Below are positions 27,140 to 38,330 of a stretch of DNA of 64,000 bases, one piece after another. The stretch's first letter is position 1; every line of letters starts with the position of its first letter. Position numbers and translations under genes: made by a program. Under the pieces are notes generated by a model. It worked only from the letters and a program-made list of their open reading frames with translations. It was not told the DNA's origin and searched no databases. The stretch is from Torpedo marmorata (taxonomy: Eukaryota), in assembly GCA_977017645.1 (NCBI GenBank), contig OZ360236.1:35092001-35156000 (forward strand), written 5' to 3'.

Positions 27140-27740
27140 ATGCTGGTTGAAATTTATTGATGGAAAGCGTGAAGTGATATATTTTGCCAGGAAAAATTAA
27201 TGTTTAAGGTTCCTTTATTATCATACACAAAATACACATACATACACAAAATTTGTTATCCTTTGTTTGCTGAAAAGGCTTCTCATAGAGGTTCCACTTG
27301 CCTGGCACTCCACCAATAAGAAAATGAGAAGCAAAAGACGGTCCCTTCAGAGTTACTGAGTGTCCTAAATGGTACAGTTTTGAAAAGGGAGCAGGAAGAG
27401 AGAGATTTGGGAGTAACTTTACATATAATTTTCATGGAAGCAGGACAATGTGAGGCTGATAAAATGGTTATTTGGTTGTATTAATAGGCCAAAAACCGCA
27501 ATATTAAAGATGTCATGCGAAAACTTTAAAATTAAACATCCTGAATTTTCAGCTGGAAGATGGTGTTCAGTCAGGGTACCACACTTTAGAAAGAACTTCA
27601 CAGCCCTAGCACGGTTTCAGAAGAAATTTGCGAGAATGGTGAGGTGACTGAGGACAATAATTGTTGAGAAGGAATGAAAAACACAGGGTTGTACATCTTG
27701 GAGGAAATAAGAAAAAGATGAGATTCGATGGAGGTGCATC
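27140..27740 (+). mobile_element. Old CR1 fragment interrupted by a minus-strand family-A tail (27203-27366)
   Basis: Decayed CR1 motifs (K.EV.YF, RDLGV, PHFRK). The insert carries AGCAAAAGACGGTCCCTTCAGAGTTACTGAG, shared with family A. Confidence 0.55.
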
Positions 27741-30190
27741 AGCATTTTCCATCAATGTGCTGTTCTGTAGAATTTGAGCCTTAAATCATTCACATTTTGA
27801 ATAAATTCAGCATACCCAAGGCTGATTATTTTTAAACCTTGTGTTTTGATTTTGAAGATGACAATAAAGGAATTGTTGCTGTGATATTAATACTGTTTAC
27901 TAAAACTCTAAAGTCGACAGACTTGTCTTCTATGTTGCCTTTTGTTCATTTTTTGTGTTCTTTAATATTGTTTTCTTCTTTATTTTATTTTCATCTGCAT
28001 TTATTGCCCCTTTGACCATTTTGGAATCTCTTTGATTAATGCCTAATATCTAAAATAAATTCTAATTAAAACCTATCCATCAACATGCAAACAATAGAAT
28101 TTTGACCTTCCTCACTATCATTTGCTACTAACAATTTGTGTTTTAAAATTCAGACTGTTTCTAACCAATTTTTTTATTTAACTCATCCCCTTTCCTTTCT
28201 TAAGTCTTAATGGTGCCCTAAATTTTGTACCTTGAGTCTTCCACTTAAACTTTCCAATAAATAAAATAAAGTCGCTAAGCTGTGAGTGTTTTCTTCATTC
28301 GCTATTTGATAGCTAACTCCAGGAACAGAAACTGAGGAGTTGGATATGATGTCGATTGTTTGGGTAGGGAGACTTTTCTAAAATAAATTACAAAATGTGC
28401 AGCAGTATATGCTTAAAAAATGTATAGTTTGCCACACAGGTATTGTGGATGAAATATGAATTTATTTTCTTAATGGGCTTTATTATTTTACTTTCAAATA
28501 ATAGAAGATTTTTTGTGGAAACAATGTCTGGTAATGCACAACATGATTTTGTGTTTGCGCAAGTATCTTTAGAATAAATATTTTTAAAAAGTAGAAAAGA
28601 GATCAAAATAAGGTATTAAATTGATCTGGGATTTTGCTTCTCCAGTGATCTTACTTTAATACCTTTTACAAAAATTAAATACATTGTCATGTTTCTAATA
28701 ATTAATTTCTGATTTATCCTAATTCACTACCTAAATGATAAATGGAGTATTTTTTTTAATATAAATGACATACTCTGAGCCTTCAAATTTGGACTTGTTT
28801 TTGCATTTGGTGTCCCTAGTGTAAGTCTTTGTAAGATTCAGGTATATAATGGGCTTGGGGGATAAAGGCAGCTCACTCTTTCCACGGCATGCATGATTTG
28901 CTGTCAATTAATCCTGAATTCCTAATTTATTTCAACATTGCAGAAAACTTCATACTAGCAGTGCTAACTCAAAACATTCATCTTCTTGGGCTAGGCCTAA
29001 AGTCATGACTGCACTTAACAGGCAGTGACAAGCGAGAAGCTGGTTGCAGTGTGTTCTGACTTGATAACTGACAATGACTTCATTCATCCTGATTGATGAT
29101 AAGCATCACTCATGTGAAATAAATGATTTCCCAAAGGTCTTCATGTTATATTCTGTTTATACCATGCATTAAAAGTTAATGTGATAAATAATTATGTAAA
29201 GTTAATTAGGTAAATACGGGTTGACTGGCTCACTGTATTCCTTTGTGATTTAGTAACTGCCTCTGGAGGGAGTCCCAATGCCAATTAAGCTTTTGTTGTC
29301 CCTTGATGCTTCAAATGTACTGCTGAACTTATGCAGACTACATTCTAAATTTAATTCCCATGTGGTGTTGTGAAAGCCATTGCAACATTACTTGTGTCAG
29401 AAGTTAGCCTGAGACTCCTTGGAACTGGGAAAAGAAAATAATCAGAGAAGATGCAATCATAATCCTGAAAGCTAATTAGTGATCTCTAAATGATCTATGA
29501 AAAATGTTTGGAGGAACTGTTTTTATACCTTCCATGATCTAATAACCTGTCAATACTCACAGTCCAGACTTCTTTAAGAAAGATGTCAACTGGAAAGAGA
29601 TACAGAAGCCTCTAGAACCATACTCCAGTTAGAGACTTTGTGCCCATGTGTGTACCGCCACCTTTAGGAGAAAAGAGGAGAAAATTGATGTAAACAATTA
29701 CTGAGGTGGTTCCATTATATTATTTTGAAACTTCATAAAAACTAAATATTTGCAGGAAGCTGATAATGTATGTAATTACTGATATGACAATCACATCAAT
29801 CTCATCAATCACATTTAGTAATGATTTCAAAATTTAGCTGATAACTTTGCAGTTCCTAGAATTATAGAACAGTTACAGCAGAAGATGGCCATTCTGCTTG
29901 GTGTGGCCACACTGAATGTTAGTTAAACAAATCAGTTTATTCTCATTCCCCAGCTCATTCCTCTTAGTCTTGTAAATGACTCTTCAAATGATCTACCGGT
30001 ATATCACTGAAAGCACTAATGGGCTGTCTCCACTAGCCTTAGAGGTCATGAAATCCAGATTATAACTAATCTGAGTAAAAGGTTTTCCCTCCCATATTGT
30101 TGGTCTAGAATTTTAAATTTGTGTCCACTGATCTTTGAACCATCCATTAACTTGAACAACTTTCTTCTACTTTATCTAAAACAGTATTTT

Positions 30191-30300
30191 AATTTTTTTT
30201 AAATTTAGGCATACAGCACGGTAACAGGCCATTCCGGCCCACGAGTCCGTGCCGCCTAATTTACACCCCATCAACCTACACCCCCAGTATGTTTTGAACG
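30191..30300 (-). mobile_element. V-SINE 3' fragment
   Basis: Reverse complement of the tail of 11997-12260. Confidence 0.8.
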
Positions 30301-30564
30301 TTTTGTTCTCGCACACATTGTATCAGTTTGCTCTGGAAAGCTTTTCCACTCTAACCTGATACCTGAAATTATTCTTGAAACCATTTTACTAAATCTTTTC
30401 TGCCTCCTTCTCTAGGGTCTTGCATCTTTTCTAAACTGTCATGACCAGAATTGGACACAATGTTCCAGTAAGGCTTAACTAGTGATTGTGTGGGTTCAAT
30501 ATAACTTCCCTAATTTCCAGTCCATACCTCGATTAATAGTTCCCAGAATCCTATATGCTTTACT

Positions 30565-30812
30565 AATTTTAAATTTAAATTTTAAATTTCGACATACAGC
30601 ATGGTAACAGGCCATTTCAGCCCATGAGCCTGTGTCGCCCAATTACACCCAATTGACCTACAATCCCCAGTACGTTTTGAACGGTGGGAAGAAACCGGAG
30701 TACCCGGAGGAAACCCACGCAGACATACAAACTCCTTAGACAGCGGGATTCAAACCCCGGTCGCTGGTGCTGTAACAGCGTTGCGCTAACTGCTATGCTA
30801 ACCGTGCTGCCC
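30565..30812 (-). mobile_element. Full-length V-SINE
   Basis: Colinear reverse-complement match to 11997-12260. Confidence 0.88.
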
Positions 30813-32977
30813 TCTCTCTCATTATTGTATCCACTTTCGTGTTTTTTTACAGGTCCCTCCATTTCCGCATACCCTTATTTCTCTCTCCTTATTCTGTGTA
30901 ATACTTCTCTATGCTAAATTTCAGCTCTCTAATGTCAGCCCTTTCATTCTCCTCACTGTTTACCATATTCCCTACAGTGTGCCATTGCAGCTTTGGAAAT
31001 ATTATCCTGCACACCCAAGTTATTAACATGTATCCAAAAGCAGTGGTCTCAGGATTGAGCTCTAGGGAACACCACTGCCTATTATACTCCAGTCCAAAAA
31101 TTAACCATTTACCAATACTCGCTGCCTTGTGTCTTTTAAGTCGATCTCCTGCTTTGCCGTAACCCTGTAATTCTACGAAGCTCAATTCTGCTAGGTAGCC
31201 TTTTGTATGGGATATTTATTACCTTCTGAAAGTCCATGTATATGGTCTGTTCTGGATTCCCTTCATCAATAGTGTCCATGAAATCATTAAAAATAATTAA
31301 TTGCACTCTGAGATGTGAGAGATTCTTTCCAGGAGTTAGACTTGTTCAGCTAGGATTTCACACTTGATGCAGTATTACTTCAGACTACTTCAAAGCTATG
31401 TACTCAGTTCATCTATGCACGTTTTTCTGCCTGCATCTGTTACTAGAGGTCTTAATCCATACTATCTTGAAATTGTATCTGGAGTTTGACCTAAATGGTT
31501 GGTGATGTTAGAAAATGGATGCATTATTTTTATTTATTTCGTTTCTATATCCACTTTTTAGTTGAGAAAATGCTCCATTCATCTGCTAATATTACCAACG
31601 ATCACTTTCAAGCAAATAATTGTTGACTAAATGAAACGTGCCTACATTGCAAGACATTACTAAAAGATCAAAAGTTTAAAACTAAATAATTTAATTTTAA
31701 AACTTCACTTCATTATCTTTCCACATAAAAATTTTAACACTATATATCAGGAATCAAACTTTATACAAAGATTTAAAGGGAGCAGAAATATTAGTTATTT
31801 CCTGTTGGTTTTATAGAGAATTCTTTGGCAACAAATAGCCTTTAATTTATATATCTGAGATCAATTAATCTGCAACAATCTGCATGTGCATTGTTGCTTC
31901 GCCATGTATAAATACTTTTGGTCTTATGGAAATAAAAAATCATGCACTTTCCTTTCAATAACAGAATGATACAATTTGTATTGCATAGAAATTATAATGT
32001 CTGATTTTTTTTTAAAAAACGATTTCCAGACTCACCATTTGTAGCACACGGGAATTGAATGTAATATCAGAGCAATTTTACAAACAGATGCAGATGTCAT
32101 TGAATGAAGAATAATCTTTCAGAAATGAAGGCCACACTTGAGAAACTTGAAAGAGTTCTGTGGGATGAATTTCAGTGAATGTTGTGTTCATGAACTTCGA
32201 GAATATTTTTGAATGAAGCACCTCACAAGATGCAAGTGACGAAGTTGTAGAGTTGGTCCATGCCTCTGTAAAAAATCATTTGGAGGAGTTAGTAAGGGCT
32301 AAAAGAAGGAAAGAGCACTTTGTTGACTACATGGAAGTGAGTGCCTGACTTTGGGGCGTGGGTAAAAGGTGTCATTCCTAATTTGCAAGTGATACCAAAA
32401 TAGGGTGTATAGTAATGATAATTCCAAAGGCCAAGGCATTTGCAAATGCAAGATGATTATATTGTGGAATGAATAAACAGTAGAGTTTAGAATTCAATAT
32501 CAGCAGATGCGAAGTGGTAATTTTAGTTACAAAACATAACATTTTGAACAAGAAATGTAAGTGCTGGGAACAATGGTGCATTAACAAGATGCTAAAAGAA
32601 TCTGTTCCTCAAATAGCACTGGAAAACAATTTTTGTCATAAGGTTTGCTTCCTGAAAAAAAAATTGGGGATTATGATAGACAACTTCAAGATGAACACAA
32701 AGATAATTTCAGATTTGCTGTATCACATAGAAGTTGGAGAAACATTAAATTAACTTTTATTGAATTTAACATATTTAATCGCATAATGATGCTGACACAT
32801 TGTGTTAGTTCAACTGACCTAAAAATGTTTGCCGCTGATTTTTGTTTGTACTCAGCATCTGATGCCTCTCGTGTCGGTGTCCAACAATAGTCGGCCAGCA
32901 TTGATGGATTCCAGTTGCCCTGATATTGCTTTTCCATGGTCTCTGTCCTGGTGAAACCTTTCACCATGTTCATCACT

Positions 32978-33748
32978 CGGCCTTTTCACACCGCCGACGT
33001 CTTGTGTCCCGGGAAAAGTTCCAGGGAAGCCTGGATCTCCGGGTTCTTTCAGACCACAGCCTAACTTACCAGGTGAAGTAGCAACCAGGCATTTTAAGGG
33101 CGGTCCCGCCTCCAACGATGACGATGCGAGTGACACGTTACGCACTCACAGGAAATGTTTCAAAAATCAATGGGCCCGCTCAGGGTGGCGGCTCAATGCG
33201 GGATCAATGGCCGTCTTCGTTACCCATAATCCCCCACGCAGCTGGAACCGCTCTGCGTTTCCATGACGCTGGCAAAGTGGCAGAGCGGTTCCAGCTGCGT
33301 GGGTGATTAGGGTAACGAAGATGGCCATTGATCCCGCATTGAGCCGCCGCCCTGAGCGGGCCCGTTGTTTTTTGATTTCGGTAAGCTACAAGTTTTTCAA
33401 TTTTAAAATACTTTTAATATTGTGGCTTAGTTCCCTTTGGCATCATTAAAGTAACATTTATATTGTTGTATCTCTTATTTCTATTTTTATGGGTTTTATG
33501 TGACGCAAGCATGCAGGCGTTGACGTCAGTAATCTTACCAGGTAAGCCATTTTCTTTTTCAGACCGCCAAAAGACGGTTGCCGGGTTAACTCGTCCGGGC
33601 TCCGACAGTACCCCCGACTAGGTCTCGGAGCCAGGTCGATTTTGACGTGCCATGCAAGGTTGGGCCTTTTCAGACTGCACGTTTTCCAGGTAAGTTCCCG
33701 GGAAATCGGACGGTTTGCCCACATGCACTCAGCGGTGTGAATAGGCCT
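32978..33748. mobile_element. PIF/Harbinger-group MITE nested in the transposase, with a 3-bp ACT TSD and a central long palindrome
   Basis: TIRs GGCCTTTTCACACCGC / GCGGTGTGAATAGGCC. ACT is duplicated at 32975-32977 and 33749-33751, and removing the insert restores the GAVSDEH codons. Confidence 0.82.
33160..33375. repeat. Near-perfect inverted repeat (~97-bp arms, 23-nt loop)
   Basis: 33160-33256 is the reverse complement of 33280-33375 with a few mismatches. Confidence 0.95.
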
Positions 33749-36700
33749 ACTGACTGCACCAAGGTTAGCAGGGAAGAAGTCCAAGTGCAAATGCAGAAAA
33801 TGAATTTTCAATGACATGTTGCACTTCATGGTTTTGTATGCTTGAAGTAGACTTAAAATATGACAGGAAATCACAAAAACAGGTTATATTATTTTTTTTA
33901 AAAAAAATACGTGACAGGAAAGTTTAAGGTGATTTTGGTGATCAGCAGCCCAAAATCCATAAAATTCACCCAAAAGTGTTCAGGAAGCAAAATCTTCGTT
34001 GTTCACTGTAGTTAGGGCAATAAAACTGAAATAATGAGAGTTGTTTGAGGGACAGAATTTTAAAGTTTGGTGAAATAGAAAGTCATAATAAAAGCTCGAA
34101 CCATTAATTGAAGTATATTATGCAGTATTGTGCAATGTGAGAAATTATTGCATTGTTGCAGTATAGTATTTAAGGTTAAAAGCAGATTTTAAGATTGCAT
34201 ACATTTGAAGATATTGTGAATGTACTAGAAAATTGTAGTAGTTTTCATTGAAAAATGGGCAAGGATAATGACAAGTCAGATCATATCCAATAAAATGAAG
34301 AGGGTGGGATTCTTCATTAAAGCCACAGTGTAAATGCAACCTACACTGTTATTGGGTTACTGAGTGCAGGTTGAGGAGAAACATATACATGATTAACTGC
34401 AAGATGTTTTGTTTGGAAAGGAAAAATAAACTTTTTTCAGAAGAAAAATCAATAATCTGTGATGAGAGAGGACATTTCGATGTTTGAAAGTGGGTAGGCA
34501 GGTAGATAAAGCAAAGGATGTAAAGGAATATCTGAGGTGGTCTAACATGAGAAAGTTCTGCTGCCTGATAAATATCAACATGGACTGTTTGTACCAAAAT
34601 CTGCATTTTTGTTTTGCAGTATCCATTTAGGGTTATGTATGGGGGTGATTGATCACACTCTAACTAACTCACCAGTATGGGAGGAGTATCTGACATGTTG
34701 AAATGATCGAGGAAGTTATTAAGTGACTAAATCCATTCCGGAAGAATTGTTGCAGAGTTGGTTCCAAACAAATCCAGTTTGTTCTGGCCTCATAACCCCA
34801 ACTGATTTAATAACATAATCTCTTGTCTAAATGCACCATTGTCCCCGTGTATGTAAATGATTTCTGTATAAAATAATGATACGTTGATTGTCTGTCTATA
34901 GAACTGGGATCTAAATCTAAAGTATTGCTTCTGAAGTATTCGAAAGGTGTTATTGTATTTTTTAAACATGATTAGATTGATTAAAAAAAAAGGTAAACCA
35001 ATACGCGGATTCCGTAAAACTGAGAAACGCAGGTATTCCATTTACCTGAACGGCGAGTGGAAGCGAGTTGCACGATGTAATGACCAAAACAGGGAGGATC
35101 GCAACGAAGTTGTTGCAACAGTAAATAACGTGTAGATTGTAGAAATCCTACATTTCTATCAATCCTCTGTGCAGTCACAAGGTACGGATTTGATCAGTTA
35201 GGATTTAACAGCAGGAGTCCTTCAGGATTGGTCGCCTCAAAAAAGGAGAAACGGCAGATACTAATAAAAATTAGGCAAAATTCTTATTGCACTCCCAGCG
35301 TGAACCAACTTGCTACATTTACACGTGGAGCGAACCGAAACCGATGTACGCTGAGAATATTGCAAGAATCCAGCAGATGTGCTCTGGTCAGGCTATAAAC
35401 CACAAACCTAACAACCTCCACCCCCATCTTTCAAAGTACACGGATACGTACTGTATAGGTGTGACTGAAACACACTGTTATGAGGCAAATAGATGGTAGC
35501 TGTGGTAATACTTTTGACCTTAGACACCAGCGATATGATTGTGTTGGGAAATGTATATGTTGTGCATGTTGATAGAAGGAGATTCCACCTCACAATCATT
35601 TTTTTTTAAACAGCCAGTAGGTTGCTCAATCCATTAAGGAAAATGTCAGTTGATGATGACCGTACAAGATTTTGAACAATAATAACATTTGTTCAAAATA
35701 TTACAGACAATTTTATGTAAATTTGGAAATCAAAATATGTTTTGAGTGACTCCACATGAGCGTATCAGAAGTAGACGACACAAGTATCATGATAGCACCC
35801 CTTCCACAATGGTTCTCGAGATCATCCTATGAAATCCTGACCCTGTGCAAATACTACATGTTAAATAAATAAAGAAACCGATGCAGAGAAATATGAAAAT
35901 TTGTTAGTTTAAAACAAGGTGTTCCCTCTGAAACATAGTGTTTAGAGTTTAGCAATGACCAGAAGCAATTCGGAAGGCAGGATGTCTCAGTCTATTCCTG
36001 CTCGGTCCATTTATGAAAATCACCACTGTATAATTTTTTTTTAAAAACCTCGATAACGAGCATCCACTATCAGTGCTTTCCAAAATACCTTGAACTAACC
36101 GAAATAGGAGCAGGTCGTAGGACATCTCACAATATTTGAGTAAGGAATCGTTTTGGGGGAAAGCTAACCTTGAATTTCTTTTTATGTATATAAGGTTTGT
36201 CAGTGCGGCGAACTATTGGTAGGGTTTACTGCATTACAAACCTGGGTCAACTTGTCCTTCTGTTATTAAATCATTAGCCCTCTTAGCGATAAACAAGAAA
36301 ATCTACAGATGCTGGGGTCTAATGTCATACACAAAAGTGCTGGAGAAACTGAGCAGGTGGCGGACCATCCATAGGAAGTAAAAGGCAATCATCGTTTAGG
36401 GGGCTTTATGGTGGAACTATATGCACGCATGTAGTCAAACTCAAATCAACATCATTGTCCATCGATTGATTTAGACTTTGAGGCTTGTTATAAACGGAAA
36501 TATCTCTTTCATAAAAGCTATAATTTGTGTTTTGTCACATTTAAAATTATTAACAAAATAATTCTGTGTATAAAGGGCGGGCGTAATTTCAATACATTGA
36601 AAAAGTAAAGTCCGACAAGCACGCATAGAGATGAGATAAATAACAGATTTACAAATGGGAAAACAGTTAAATATCAAAACAATTTCAATTAGTAACAAAT

Positions 36701-38189
36701 AATTGTGATAGCATAACAAGATTTGTAAAAATCAATGTTTGGTATGAAGGCTCTTCATCCAGATTGGAAACTAGTTCGAATCTATAATCTTCATCCTAGT
36801 GATCAAGCTGTCTTCTCTTCAGCCACTGACCGACCCGTCGTGTATTTCCATCATTTCCGCTTTTGATTCAGAGCCCTGGTATTCTTTATTCTGTTACGAC
36901 CTCTTAATATATTATTTATATGTATTATTTTAAAATAAATGTAATTCACAACTTAAAGAAGGCAGACTATTTTGTAGTGGATGTCTCCCTTTGCTAATCA
37001 CTTTCAACGTAACAGACTCGACAGGAGAGAAGGCATGGTGTGTGTTTGGGATGTTTTCGATTAGCAATTACAGACTAAACCATTCCTACTTTGTTAGCAA
37101 TCTGACGTTGCTTTAAAAATAGTTTATTTGAAAGCTATAATTTTACAATATACCCTACAAGAGAATTAACTATATTACATTTGTATTGCAGAGAAAAATA
37201 GGGGAACATAGAGTTTTCCTTAACTCCAACCTGCTTCCGTCTTCCTGAGCAACTGCGAGTTTAATCCTTTCACCGATGGCCTCCATGTTTTCAGATGCCA
37301 AGTCCCTCAGCTTTGAAAGCTCCTCGACAAATCTTTCCAGACTCTGCTTTCTTTCCTTTTTGTAGATTTTCCCCCTAAAATCACATTTTTGGACTATGCA
37401 CTATTTTTTTTGGATTTTTTTTTTTTAAACTACGAATTACAAATGGACGTTTTGGAACATTAAAGACACTTAATATGGAAAGTTGTCAATCAGAACTAAA
37501 GCCATATTACGTTAAAAATTAATCATTGCATTCGACATGACCTAGATAGATAGATAGAAGCCTTGGCTGTGTGGCGCCAGATTAACCCTCCCACGGTAAG
37601 GTTTATAGATCGACGTTTTAATAAAATGGGCGAATATGTCCCATTCTGCCAAATATAAACAATTTCCAGTATCTTAATAGTGGAAAACCTAACTGCCATT
37701 AAGGTAACCTGAACTCTTAGGAATTACTGAACGTCCGTTTTTCACATGGAGGACGATGGACGCCGCTAGAACTAAAATGCAACGGAATGTAATTAATTGA
37801 TCTGCTGAAGAGTGATCAATTTTTTGAAAATCTATCTGAATCTAAGCTATAAATATCCTATTTTTTTGAATATTTCGAATTTTTTTTAAATCTTACTCTG
37901 TCTGGACCCATTTCAGAACCTACTCTGGAAAAGAAGTGCGTATCAAATCTGAATCAGATAAGATAAAAGACGTCTGGAGAATGGAACTATTGCGTGGTGT
38001 TATATTGTCATTTACGCAGTATGCATTTTCAACGTTTTGTCTCGACGAAATAATAGTCATATTCACGATTTTATATCAGAAAACTAGTCCCCACTTTATT
38101 TTCCTCCGAAATTTTGTGCAAATTCCCCGATTAAATAATCTGCATGAAGTTATCGCTTCAAAAGCATTACATGCGTGGTTAACACCAAC

Positions 38190-38330
38190 CTCCAAATCAA
38201 AATATTGTCGAGTGAAGCCTTGGTTCAGGATCCGAACGTTTCATCTAATTTGACATTCTTGTGCAAGACTGATGCAATGCTGCTTTGTTAGAAGTGCTGT
38301 CATTTGGACAAAACGTGAAATAATTAATAT
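38190..38330 (+). mobile_element. Highly degenerate Deu-domain SINE relic
   Basis: TGCAAGACTGATGCAATGCTGCTTTGTTAGAAGTGCTGTCATTTGGACAAAACGTGAAA resembles the Deu core. Confidence 0.4.

Larger units (their letters stand above)
29860..31290 (-). mobile_element. Old degenerate CR1 with nested V-SINEs
   Basis: CR1-like 3' end at ~29860 and the RT-region motif GACCAGAATTGGACACAATGTTCCAG. Confidence 0.55.
32617..34008 (-). mobile_element. Internally deleted DNA transposon, Chapaev3 (CMC)-like, retaining the transposase C-terminus
   Basis: Joining across the nested MITE gives CNMSLKIHFLHLHLDFFPANLGAV-SDEHGERFHQD...MEKQYQGNWNPSMLADYCW. Imperfect TIRs CACTGGAAAACAA..TTTGCTTCCTGAA / TTCAGGAAGCAAA..TTGTTCACTG, flanked by TAG/TAG. 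The superfamily name is from memory of the motif. Confidence 0.75.
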
